DNA of 39,382 nt from a virus (lineage: Duplodnaviria > Heunggongvirae > Uroviricota > Caudoviricetes), in the IMG/VR virus record IMGVR_UViG_3300046003_006038, positions 128,001 to 167,382 of that record. One strand, written 5' to 3'. The number at the start of each line of letters is the position of its first letter. Position 1 is the first letter of the stretch. A model generated the notes under the pieces. That model was not told where the DNA came from. It did no database searches and saw only the letters and a program-made list of their open reading frames with translations. Positions 17,148 to 25,378 of this stretch are shown piece by piece. The position numbers and the translations under genes were made by a program.

Positions 17148-17906
17148 TTACTGACAGTGGTAGTTTAAGTACCTCTGTAATGCTTTTGCATAATGTGTTC
17201 CTTTGTCTTCTAACTTATTTCTCTCCTGCATCACTTTTGTACATGAAAGTTTTCCTAATCTTTTTTTTAAAATACCAGGCGATACGGGGTCATGTACTCC
17301 TTCTTCTAGTGCTATTACCGGATTAGATGTCATAAAATTAGGTTTCCTCATTATCGTCTTTGCAATAGCTTGATTAACTTGTGACATGAATGGAATATTT
17401 ATATCTGTTCTCCTATCCTTAACTACAAATTCATGGTACTTTTTGATAAAATTAATAAACTGCTCTTTTTTGTTTGATAGTCTTGCAAAAAAATCTAATA
17501 GTTCTGATGTTGTAATTTCTTTTCCGTTTCTAGGATCTACTAATCTATCGAAGAAGTGTTTTCCAAATTCCAAATCTACAGGGTCTAGCTCATCATCCGC
17601 ATACCTCTCTACAGACCTCATATCTGCCATCTCTTCTATCGATGATAGTTTATCGTAGTACTGCGGATCTTCATATACATGGTCAAAGGCAATTTCCATT
17701 GCTATGTCAGCATCTGTGGTGTGCTCCATCTCAACTTTAACCCCTTTTATTATTTGCTGTATAATACGGTTGATAGGTAATTTGTGCATTTGTGCTAAAT
17801 CTCCTATAGTTGCGTACTGTGATAGTCCTCCCGGTAGGTTGTTAGGTGCAACTGTTGTTGAATCTAATACTTCCTTAATTATTTTTTTTATCTGATTTTT
17901 TTTCAT
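17148..17906 (-). CDS. Modular protein: DUF5661-like module plus possible RNase-like (HFFDR) module
   Basis: KGVKVEMEHT..AMEIAFDHVYEDPQYYDKL resembles DUF5661 (recalled pattern); then FGKHFFDRLVDPRN...AKTIMRK; leader MKKNQIKKIIKEVL. Confidence 0.55.
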   Translation of the reverse strand: MKKNQIKKIIKEVLDSTTVAPNNLPGGLSQYATIGDLAQMHKLPINRIIQQIIKGVKVEMEHTTDADIAMEIAFDHVYEDPQYYDKLSSIEEMADMRSVERYADDELDPVDLEFGKHFFDRLVDPRNGKEITTSELLDFFARLSNKKEQFINFIKKYHEFVVKDRRTDINIPFMSQVNQAIAKTIMRKPNFMTSNPVIALEEGVHDPVSPGILKKRLGKLSCTKVMQERNKLEDKGTHYAKALQRYLNYHCQ

Positions 17907-18519
17907 TCTCTAGAGTATAGTAGTATATGTTTTCATTACCTTTTTCCATTGTCCATTTATCTGAAACTGATTCACAAAACCATTCTTTATTATCAATCAT
18001 CCAATCCGGTTTATCTGGAAATGTTTGAGTTACAAAGGACATATCTCTCCACATTAACCTATTATTAGGTTGAAGAGTGAAGTTTCCGTTATCTAATTTA
18101 ATTAGATGTGCAGCTTTATATTGTGTTGGTTCGTTAGAGTATGGATTATTGTACCAGTCAAAAGTCATAATATAATTTCCCCACTCTTTACTCCCGTCTT
18201 TAAATATTGCTTTTACTCTTGATTGTAGTAAGTAGTCGTACACTGTACATGATACATCATGTCCAAAACAGTCCCATAATTGTAAATGGTCTAAAGCCAT
18301 TCTAGGAGCATCATCTTTCCAAGCAAGCATATGAATTGGAACTCTCGATCTAACAGCTCCTTCATCAGTCATTACATGAAAGGTAAGTGCTCTTCCTCCT
18401 ACAGACTGTGCTCCGAATACTATTACATCTTGCATACCTTCTCTCCCGTCATGCTGGTAGAGGTGTTCTACTCTCATCTTAGCATAGAAATGTGGTATGG
18501 ATGTATTTAGTGTTGACAT
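17875..18519 (-). CDS. Phage hypothetical protein
   Basis: 214 aa, aromatic-rich, with GRALTFHV, LQLWDCF and QPNNR segments; no function assignable. Confidence 0.65.
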   Translation of the reverse strand: MSTLNTSIPHFYAKMRVEHLYQHDGREGMQDVIVFGAQSVGGRALTFHVMTDEGAVRSRVPIHMLAWKDDAPRMALDHLQLWDCFGHDVSCTVYDYLLQSRVKAIFKDGSKEWGNYIMTFDWYNNPYSNEPTQYKAAHLIKLDNGNFTLQPNNRLMWRDMSFVTQTFPDKPDWMIDNKEWFCESVSDKWTMEKGNENIYYYTLENEKKSDKKNN

Positions 18520-18833
18520 TATTTGTTTTTTATTAATAGTTCTCCTAATACTTCTAAACGTCCTACCTCTCTTTGAAATTCAATTTGAGACATATCTAAA
18601 GAAATCTTTTTATAGGTTTCTTCAAATTCTTTCTTTGCCTTTTCAAAATCGAGTTTTCCTTCAGAAGCTTTTTTATAATAAGGAGCTTTCACTTTAAAAT
18701 GATGCCAGGTTAGCAGAGCTAATCCTCCTTTTTCTCTAGCATTTGATGCTATTTTTGCAGCACCTTCTCCTCTAGTTTTAGCAAAGTCTTCTAGTACTTC
18801 TTTTGCTTCTTTTAATAACTGTAGTAGCTTCAT
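18519..18833 (-). CDS. Hypothetical protein with MKLLQLLKE leader
   Basis: Start reassigned to the ATG at 18833, immediately after the upstream stop; 104 aa. Confidence 0.65.
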   Translation of the reverse strand: MKLLQLLKEAKEVLEDFAKTRGEGAAKIASNAREKGGLALLTWHHFKVKAPYYKKASEGKLDFEKAKKEFEETYKKISLDMSQIEFQREVGRLEVLGELLIKNK

Positions 18834-18834
18834 A

Positions 18835-19305
18835 TTATTTGGTTTTACCCCAAGTTTTACCTTTTCCTTTTGTTCTACATTGAGCAGGTGTTGGCCTACA
18901 TGCTGGGTATTTTGATCTTTTTTCTCCTTCTTGTCTTCCGCAGGATTTATACCCTCCTTTTCCATCAGGTGCATTACAGTCAACCCATCCTTTAGATTTA
19001 CCTTTTGCTCCTTTTCTTGAAAACCATTTGTGAAGGGTTTCATCTTCTTGTAGTAGTTCCTGGATTGCTTGTTTTACTTTTGCATATCCTGAACCATATG
19101 GTGCTGCCTTACCGGCTTGAGGATCATCTGCTTCTTTTATATCTTTCCAGATATCTCCTTTTCTACATCTTACAATAGCCCCTGATCTGTATGCTGAGGG
19201 TTTGTCATATTTTGTTCTGGCGATACGCAAGCATCTGTCTGCTTTTTCTTCAGATAAAACTTCTTTAATTAGTTGTGCTATATATGTCTTACTTACCTTG
19301 TCCAC
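18835..19305 (-). CDS. Basic Cys-containing modular protein (DUF5872-like motifs)
   Basis: GTG start. PSAYRSGAIVRCRK and LHKWF..GWVDCN..CGR..YPACRP modules, each preceded by an (I/V)xELLxE-type helix. Family call is from memory. Confidence 0.55.
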   Translation of the reverse strand: MDKVSKTYIAQLIKEVLSEEKADRCLRIARTKYDKPSAYRSGAIVRCRKGDIWKDIKEADDPQAGKAAPYGSGYAKVKQAIQELLQEDETLHKWFSRKGAKGKSKGWVDCNAPDGKGGYKSCGRQEGEKRSKYPACRPTPAQCRTKGKGKTWGKTK

Positions 19306-19432
19306 GGTATAGTTTTTTATAGTTTTTCGAACTCTTCAGAGAAGATGTCTTAGATTTAGCATGAACGCCTGGTCTTGATACTTTTGGTGTGTCTACTTTT
19401 GCAATTGTAGAAGATGTTTTAGCTTTTGCCAT
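19289..19432 (-). CDS. Small basic 47-aa protein ending YRGQGK
   Basis: Not in the ORF track. MAKAKTSSTIAKVDTPKVSRPGVHAKSKTSSLKSSKNYKKLYRGQGK; promoter motif 17 nt upstream; fills the gap. Confidence 0.8.
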   Translation of the reverse strand: MAKAKTSSTIAKVDTPKVSRPGVHAKSKTSSLKSSKNYKKLYRGQGK

Positions 19433-19449
19433 GGTAATTTATCTTTTAC

Positions 19450-19457
19450 AATAAATA
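19450..19457 (-). promoter_or_regulatory. Putative late promoter motif TATTTATT
   Basis: 17 nt upstream of the ATG at 19432. Confidence 0.65.
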
Positions 19458-19460
19458 TCG

Positions 19461-20042
19461 TCAATCTTCTAAATGTCTTTTAGCGTGTTGTAAAAAATCT
19501 TTTAACCCCTCTGTTAATTGGTTGTTTCTCTGACTTGTGTTATTATTCCAAGCCTCTACATCCCCCTGTTCAGTTACAAAAGTATCCGTAGTGTTTATAC
19601 TATCTAGTATAAATGCCTCTACATCCTGTAAGAACGCTTGTAAGCTTCCTCTAATCATAGCTTTCTCATAACTATCGTATAATCCTGCTTTTCTCAATTC
19701 TGCTTCATACTCTACAGTGCATGGATCGAAACAAAAACCATGAATTTTATACATCTTCTGTGCAAGATGGTGCTTCATAGGGCCTCCACATTTCGGACAT
19801 GTTAGCGGTATTTGTAATGCCTTTTTTGCAGCATCTAATTTTGTAATATTCTGTCTTATACCATTCTTAATAGTCCAAGTTCTACCACTCTCTTCCCAAA
19901 TATCTCCTTCTTTGTATGCAGTATAGGCTTTTTCGTAACCTGTTCCGTCTACGGTTTTTGCTGAGAAGTCTTTTGTGATAAGGTTTCTTGCTCTATTTAC
20001 GTCTTTTGATTTGAATTCTTTTTTAAGTAAGCTCTCGCCCAT
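19461..20042 (-). CDS. Hypothetical zinc-ribbon protein
   Basis: CPKCG...CFDPC; ATG at 20042 (MGESLLKK) preferred over the TTG at 20048. Confidence 0.65.
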   Translation of the reverse strand: MGESLLKKEFKSKDVNRARNLITKDFSAKTVDGTGYEKAYTAYKEGDIWEESGRTWTIKNGIRQNITKLDAAKKALQIPLTCPKCGGPMKHHLAQKMYKIHGFCFDPCTVEYEAELRKAGLYDSYEKAMIRGSLQAFLQDVEAFILDSINTTDTFVTEQGDVEAWNNNTSQRNNQLTEGLKDFLQHAKRHLED

Positions 20043-20601
20043 AACCAAGTTCTTTTAATGTGTTAATAACTGATTGTATTTCTCCGTCCTTCACCTCTAG
20101 GGCTATCCCTCCTTTAGCAGTAAATGCTTGTAGGTTTGAAGGCTTGTCGTCTATTAGTATAGCTTTTTGGTTTGCAAAATCCGACTTAGCATCTCCAAAT
20201 CTAAATTCGACAGGAGGTGCTGGTGTTAGATGATCCTTTACCCATATTCTCTTCCCCAGTCTTGATGTGTTCTGTCTTGATGGTGATGTCAGTATTATTG
20301 GGCTATATGGCTGTATAAAAGACCATAGCTGTCTTCCATTTGGCATCCAATTCATACCTGACCAAAATTCTAGTCCTATATGATTATCTATAAAGTTCCA
20401 AAATTCTTCTGCACCTTCTAATGCTTCAAAATGTTTTGGACGAGTTACTTGGTTTATAACTTCTTTTGAATAGTATTTTGGACCTTCCTGTCTTAACATT
20501 TCAACAAATCTATTTTCAAAATCTGTCAATACTCCATCCATGTCACAGTATATCTGGTAGGTGGGGTATGCTTCTAATAACTCTATAAGGCTTGTTCCCA
20601 T
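20023..20601 (-). CDS. HAD-superfamily 5'(3')-deoxyribonucleotidase-like phosphatase
   Basis: Motif I IYCDMDGVLTDF, motif II ILTSP and motif IV ILIDDKPSN. Confidence 0.85.
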   Translation of the reverse strand: MGTSLIELLEAYPTYQIYCDMDGVLTDFENRFVEMLRQEGPKYYSKEVINQVTRPKHFEALEGAEEFWNFIDNHIGLEFWSGMNWMPNGRQLWSFIQPYSPIILTSPSRQNTSRLGKRIWVKDHLTPAPPVEFRFGDAKSDFANQKAILIDDKPSNLQAFTAKGGIALEVKDGEIQSVINTLKELGYGRELT

Positions 20602-20957
20602 ATTTTACTCCAATTTTCTTCTTGCTGTCTTGCCGCTACTTCGTACGGGTGATTATCATATGTATACCCTTGCTTATAATACCTTGTCATCCACGACGGT
20701 GATTGTAGGTAGTGCTGGTATTCATGTATCACTGTTCTTACCAGTTCCTCTAAGCTATTAATATTCCTATAGTATACAACTATTTCGTTTAGTATGTAGC
20801 AGAATTCTCCCTTGACATCGTCCGGGGTATCGCTACTCACGTATATATACGGAAAACATTTCTGGTGGTTTGACATTCCGTACATTTGCTCTATTGCTGT
20901 TATAAACTGTTCGATATAATTAGCAATATCCCTTTTTGTAACCTTTTTCTTTATCAT
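20583..20957 (-). CDS. Small zincin-like (HExxH) metallopeptidase-fold protein
   Basis: TVIHEYQHYLQ followed by HPYEVAAR, a candidate third ligand Glu. Confidence 0.7.
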   Translation of the reverse strand: MIKKKVTKRDIANYIEQFITAIEQMYGMSNHQKCFPYIYVSSDTPDDVKGEFCYILNEIVVYYRNINSLEELVRTVIHEYQHYLQSPSWMTRYYKQGYTYDNHPYEVAARQQEENWSKIWEQAL

Positions 20958-20972
20958 AACTTATTTTTATTT

Positions 20973-21704
20973 CTAACTCTTTATACTATCTTCCCAATTT
21001 CTAAATATAATATTTCCTTCTAGGTAAGCTTCTTTTTCTATTTCCCTAAGGTAATCATCTTCGTTAGTGTTACTTGTACCAATTCCCTCTAACCTTCCTT
21101 CTAGGTTCTGCATATGATGAATCATTTCGTGAGTAAACGACCTACATACGTCTTTAGGGTGTCTTCCTAAAGTAAAAAGTACTACTTCTTTCCCATTTGG
21201 ACTATAGTACGCTGTTTTACCGAAGAAGTTTTTAGCTTCTTCTTCATCTTCTCTTACTTTAATATTCGGAAGAGGTGTTATATTCATACCTTGGTCAATC
21301 ATGTACTCCAAGATTGAAGCAATATACGGAGAATAGTTAAACTTCTCCTGTACATTCTCCGGCATTGTTTTTTGGTATGGGGTATAATCCCATCCTAGTT
21401 GTGAATCCATTACTCTTGTAATGTAAATTCTATCTTGTTGAAAATCTAAGTTAAACTTATGAGTATCCACTAATTTTCTTAACTCCTGGTATAAATGTTC
21501 TAGGTCTGCCCTATCCTTTGAAGATATCGCTGATGAAGCAGCAATGGGTGTTCCTGATGCTCCTTCTTTTATTTGCGCTCTTTCAGCTGTTTCTATAGAA
21601 AAGTTCACAAGTACCTTATCGATTGTATCTGCCATTTTTTTTTCTATTGAAATCTCTTTTTTCTGAAAGTCTTTTTTAAACTGTTCAACAAAGTTAAGTA
21701 TCAT
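20973..21704 (-). CDS. Protein with C-terminal zincin-like (HExxH) domain
   Basis: GKTAYYSP, FTHEMIHHMQ and EKEAYLEG. Confidence 0.7.
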   Translation of the reverse strand: MILNFVEQFKKDFQKKEISIEKKMADTIDKVLVNFSIETAERAQIKEGASGTPIAASSAISSKDRADLEHLYQELRKLVDTHKFNLDFQQDRIYITRVMDSQLGWDYTPYQKTMPENVQEKFNYSPYIASILEYMIDQGMNITPLPNIKVREDEEEAKNFFGKTAYYSPNGKEVVLFTLGRHPKDVCRSFTHEMIHHMQNLEGRLEGIGTSNTNEDDYLREIEKEAYLEGNIIFRNWEDSIKS

Positions 21705-21761
21705 TTATCTAATGTTTATGTGTGTGTGTTAATATTCTCCTAATATCCAACGGTTATATTA

Positions 21762-21769
21762 AATAAATA
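21762..21769 (-). promoter_or_regulatory. Putative late promoter motif TATTTATT
   Basis: Intergenic, just after the exonuclease stop and 57 nt upstream of the ATG at 21704. Confidence 0.5.
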
Positions 21770-21772
21770 GTA

Positions 21773-22555
21773 TTAAAGTTTAATAGAGACTGGGTAGCTT
21801 ATAAATTTAGGTTCTGTTGTTGGGTTTTCAATTTCGTACAACCTGTATATCAGCTTAAATAATTCAAAGTTCTCTTCTATATTATCGATTACTTTTAATT
21901 CCCACCCTTTACCTTGTATCTTCTTACCACTCTTATCTTCCCCTCTTGTAGCAGCTTTTAACCAAAGTATAGCTGTCCTATCTATTTTAATTTCCTTTGT
22001 CTCTTCAATAGATTTAGCATAAGCTGCAAGCTGTAGGTCGTACGATTTGTGAAGACTGTTAGATGTCTTAAAGTCAATTAGCCAATTCTCGTCATTTATC
22101 TTAACAACTAGGTCAGCAGTACCTGCATACCTGTGCTCGTCGGAATAAGTAAACTCCTCTGTAAATATTAATTCCGGTTTTGCTATATCCCAGAATTGTT
22201 TAAACTTAAGTATCATTCCCCAAACCAATTCGTTATATCGAGCATTCCCATAATCATCCATCCACTGAATTTCTTTTCCTTCCAGTAGTTCTTCAATTGC
22301 ATTATGTACTTGAGTACCCTCATCTCCAGCTCTTCTCATAATGATATCTGCATTATGGCCTACATCTTTCATCCAGTTTTCAAAGAATTTATTCTTTGGC
22401 ATGTATTGAAGGATAGATGTAACAGAAGGGTAGAATAGTTCCTCCGATCTTTGATAGACTCTGTTATCTAAGAAGTTAATTTGTTTTAGTTCTGGTTTAA
22501 AATCTAATCTTTTTTTAGCATGCTCTGATAGAACATTTTGTCCTTTTTGTATCAT
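21773..22555 (-). CDS. PD-(D/E)XK exonuclease (Cas4/RecB-like fold)
   Basis: YPSVTSIL, GTQVH, AGTADLV, IDFKTS and QLAAYA. Start reassigned to the ATG at 22555, right after the primase stop. Confidence 0.85.
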   Translation of the reverse strand: MIQKGQNVLSEHAKKRLDFKPELKQINFLDNRVYQRSEELFYPSVTSILQYMPKNKFFENWMKDVGHNADIIMRRAGDEGTQVHNAIEELLEGKEIQWMDDYGNARYNELVWGMILKFKQFWDIAKPELIFTEEFTYSDEHRYAGTADLVVKINDENWLIDFKTSNSLHKSYDLQLAAYAKSIEETKEIKIDRTAILWLKAATRGEDKSGKKIQGKGWELKVIDNIEENFELFKLIYRLYEIENPTTEPKFISYPVSIKL

Positions 22556-22556
22556 A

Positions 22557-23477
22557 TTATGATAGTTTATAGCGGAGTAACTTTCCGAAGTCCATTTCCT
22601 CTGCCTGTTGTACATATCGAGTAAAGCTTGCAAAGCCCATCTCGCTTGGATCTTTATCTTGCATATCTACTAGATATACTTTCTTTCCCATATTCAGAAA
22701 CTGTTCTGTATATGAGAGTGCTTTTTTAAATGCATCCCTGTCCAGGGCTACATATATATCTTCTACCTGGCTTGATAATATCTTTTTTATCAAAGATTTT
22801 GATAAAGACTTACCAAGTATTGGTACTGCGTTTCTTTTTACTGCTATTGCATCAAATACCCCTTCTACCAGGATTATGGGCTGGGCCCAGTTAATAAGGT
22901 TCTCAAAGACTATTATATCTTTAGAACTCTCTGGACCCCTATATTTGTGGTATGCATCTTCGTAGGTTCTTCCTACAAATGTATTTAATTGATTATTCTC
23001 ATTATATGAAGGGATAATAACTCTTCCGGTATATTCTCCTGAGGTGCAGTACCCTATATTATATTTTAGGAAGTCTCTATCGGTAAAACCTCTTTTATAA
23101 AGGTACCTTCTTACTTTATTTGCTATAATAGATGTGGTTGATGCTGTATATAGGGCTTGAAACTCTTTGGGAAGTTCTACAGAAGTTACAGGAGCATACC
23201 CTATTTCGTCACCTTTTCTTACATATTTAAGTATTTCATATGCTTGTTCGGCAGGTACTTGTAACTGCTTAAGTAGGGACTTAATTGTACGTCCTTTAAA
23301 CCCACATACCCAGCATTCAAAAGGATTCTCTCCTTTTTCATTGGTATGCATATTTACCTCTAACTTCGGTTTATGGTGGTTACATTTTGGACAGGTAAAA
23401 GCATAGTTCTCCCTAGCTCTTTTGTGAGATTTTCCTAAAACATTTTCTATGAAACCTAATAGTATTTTACTACTCAT
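22557..23477 (-). CDS. dnaG: DNA primase (zinc finger + TOPRIM)
   Basis: CPKC...CWVCG zinc finger, RVIIP, FVGR, LVEGVFDAI, ALDRDA and KDPSE. Start at 23477 (or 23489). Confidence 0.9.
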   Translation of the reverse strand: MSSKILLGFIENVLGKSHKRARENYAFTCPKCNHHKPKLEVNMHTNEKGENPFECWVCGFKGRTIKSLLKQLQVPAEQAYEILKYVRKGDEIGYAPVTSVELPKEFQALYTASTTSIIANKVRRYLYKRGFTDRDFLKYNIGYCTSGEYTGRVIIPSYNENNQLNTFVGRTYEDAYHKYRGPESSKDIIVFENLINWAQPIILVEGVFDAIAVKRNAVPILGKSLSKSLIKKILSSQVEDIYVALDRDAFKKALSYTEQFLNMGKKVYLVDMQDKDPSEMGFASFTRYVQQAEEMDFGKLLRYKLS

Positions 23478-23505
23478 ATACACGTACATAACTGTTTGAC
23501 ATTTT

Positions 23506-23534
23506 AATATATGAAAAAAGGCTTGAATAAACAA
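23506..23534 (-). promoter_or_regulatory. Sigma70-like promoter for the primase-exonuclease pair
   Basis: Minus strand TTGTTT (23534-23529), 17-nt spacer, TATATT (23511-23506). Confidence 0.5.
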
Positions 23535-23539
23535 GCCTT
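23514..23539 (-). terminator. Intrinsic terminator after the kinase-like gene
   Basis: Minus strand AAGGCTTG-TTTATT-CAAGCCTT followed by a T run. Confidence 0.7.
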
Positions 23540-23549
23540 GTTTTATATT

Positions 23550-23978
23550 TTATACGTCTGTCATTTTTAAACTACCTTTATCATCTGTCATGAAGTTATC
23601 AGGCCTGATATCTAGCTCTTCTGGATCTATTCCTAAACTCTCTGCCTCTTGTTCGAGTTTCTCAATAAATTGTTCGGGAATTTCTCCACTATATGGATTC
23701 ATATTTGGCATTGAGATTATTGCTAGTTTTGGATTTACAACCTCTACATCTAAAATAGGTACAAAGTACTTTGTTTTTTTTCCTTGTAGAATTTGAGCAT
23801 GTTCAATCTCTACTTCATCAGAGGTTACTTTCTTCACAATATTTCCGACTAGGTATACTGATCCGTAGTCACCTGCTCCTAAGTATTCTCCTCCTTGGTC
23901 GATAATATTATTTACCCTTTCCTTATATTCTCGGGAAGGATCAATTACTTCTCTTAGTATTTGAAGTATACTAACCAT
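23550..23978 (-). CDS. Minimal protein-kinase-like protein
   Basis: Gly loop LGAGDYGSVY, VKK, alphaC-like Glu, catalytic loop ELDIRPDNF and terminal KMTDV. Start reassigned to 23978 (MVSILQILRE); 142 aa. Confidence 0.75.
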   Translation of the reverse strand: MVSILQILREVIDPSREYKERVNNIIDQGGEYLGAGDYGSVYLVGNIVKKVTSDEVEIEHAQILQGKKTKYFVPILDVEVVNPKLAIISMPNMNPYSGEIPEQFIEKLEQEAESLGIDPEELDIRPDNFMTDDKGSLKMTDV

Positions 23979-24465
23979 TGCTATGTACAGAATCCACAAA
24001 CTGTTGAATTCCTTGTCTAAATTGTGAATCAACATCGTATACACTTGATACTTGTTTTTCCACATATTCAGGTGTGAAACTATCCATTGGGATTACTGCT
24101 GCTTGTTTTACTGGAAGTCCTCCTTTTGAAGGGTATATTGCTAACCCAACTGTTCCGTCTGGGTGGATGAAAGCATTTAGTAGGTCTTTTATATATGGGT
24201 GTTTTGAGTAAACATTTTTAACACCTTCTCCTTCGTAAATTGGATCTTCTCCTCTAAGAATTCTATCTACATTGTCGGGATTTGCCTTATCTAAAATTGC
24301 ATTTCCTCTTTGTGGATCTCCTTGATATTTCTCATCTTCTCCTTTTGCAATTTTGGTTAGAATTTGCATAAATTCATCAGGTGTTCCTCCCTTTGTTTTT
24401 CCTAAGTACTTTGAATACCCTTGAAGCTCTTCTTTAATTATACCTACCAGTTGTGATCTTTTCAT
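23971..24465 (-). CDS. Hypothetical protein with MKRSQLVGIIKEE leader
   Basis: 164 aa; promoter motif 22 nt upstream. Confidence 0.6.
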   Translation of the reverse strand: MKRSQLVGIIKEELQGYSKYLGKTKGGTPDEFMQILTKIAKGEDEKYQGDPQRGNAILDKANPDNVDRILRGEDPIYEGEGVKNVYSKHPYIKDLLNAFIHPDGTVGLAIYPSKGGLPVKQAAVIPMDSFTPEYVEKQVSSVYDVDSQFRQGIQQFVDSVHSNG

Positions 24466-24466
24466 G

Positions 24467-24562
24467 TTATTTTCGTTTGTTCTTAATAATAAATAGTAGT
24501 GTATCTGCTACTATTAAAAATGCCCCTAAGACAACAATGCCTGTAATTACTTTTTGTACCAT
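24467..24562 (-). CDS. Putative 31-aa single-pass membrane peptide
   Basis: Not in the ORF track. MVQKVITGIVVLGAFLIVADTLLFIIKNKRK; ATG overlaps the upstream TAA and the stop lies 1 nt before the next ATG. Confidence 0.55.
   Translation of the reverse strand: MVQKVITGIVVLGAFLIVADTLLFIIKNKRK
24488..24495 (-). promoter_or_regulatory. Putative late promoter motif TATTTATT
   Basis: Inside the 31-aa ORF, 22 nt upstream of the ATG at 24465. Confidence 0.5.
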
Positions 24563-24819
24563 TAGTATTCTCTTATTCTTACGTTTAAGTATCCTGTACC
24601 TTTTATTAGTCTGTGATATGTCTCTTTTGGTATAGTTAATTTTCCCTTTAAAGGTTGAGGTAATTCATTGTCGAATTGAAACATCCAATCTGTTGGTTCT
24701 AGAATTTCTACTTCTCTATCATTTTCATCTCTATGCCACACCAGTTCTTCTTCTGGAATGTCTTGTGTGAATTTTCTATAAATGAATTCTGGTGTTTGTA
24801 ACTGTTTATATGGCCCCAT
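24562..24819 (-). CDS. Small cupin-like protein
   Basis: LVWHRDENDREV and IPKETYHRLIKG resemble cupin motifs 1 and 2. Start reassigned to 24819; 85 aa. Confidence 0.6.
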   Translation of the reverse strand: MGPYKQLQTPEFIYRKFTQDIPEEELVWHRDENDREVEILEPTDWMFQFDNELPQPLKGKLTIPKETYHRLIKGTGYLNVRIREY

Positions 24820-24820
24820 A

Positions 24821-25378
24821 TTACCAATACCCGCTAAAGTTTCTTGATCCTCCAAGTGATTTCCAATATCTTCCAATATTACAAGCCCAGTACCCTGGTT
24901 TTGTTTTATCTTTTTTAGTAGCACATTTATGTCTAGCTGCAAAAGAAGATCTGGCTCCTGGTTCATCTATCTTAACATTCAATCCTGTTGTACCTCCGAA
25001 AGATACTTTTACTACGTTTCCTTTTTTATTCTTAGTATAAACGTAGAATTTTTTAGATCCACCTCTTTTTGGTTTATTTAAAGGGACATCTTTGCCTCTG
25101 TATTCTCCTTCATCAAGTTCTTCATCAACCATTGGAAGATCTAAAGGTACTTTCTGTCCTTCGTACATTCCATATTGACCAATATCTGTTGTTTCTAAAA
25201 GAAGTATGTCTTGTTCATTGAGAGTTATTTTATCGTCTCTAAAGGCTTGTCTTGCTTCAGCAAATAATTGTATAAACGAGTCAGAGGAATACCTGTAGAC
25301 ACACTCAGATAGTGTCAGTTTATTGTCTAAATGGTATTGAAGGTTTGGTAATCCAACTATTTCCTGTAATCTTATCAT
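24821..25378 (-). CDS. Two-module protein: acidic N-half, basic C-terminal domain
   Basis: After ELDE comes a basic domain: KKFYVY..VVKVSFG..ARSSFAARHKC..PGYWAC. Confidence 0.6.
   Translation of the reverse strand: MIRLQEIVGLPNLQYHLDNKLTLSECVYRYSSDSFIQLFAEARQAFRDDKITLNEQDILLLETTDIGQYGMYEGQKVPLDLPMVDEELDEGEYRGKDVPLNKPKRGGSKKFYVYTKNKKGNVVKVSFGGTTGLNVKIDEPGARSSFAARHKCATKKDKTKPGYWACNIGRYWKSLGGSRNFSGYW

Noticed and set aside
21719-21728. (TG)5 microsatellite as a phase-variation tract
   Set aside because: Too short, non-coding and not in an identifiable promoter spacer.
21773-22555. Cas4-like nuclease as part of a CRISPR system
   Set aside because: No array or other cas genes and no Fe-S Cys cluster; stand-alone PD-(D/E)XK exonucleases are common in phage replication modules.
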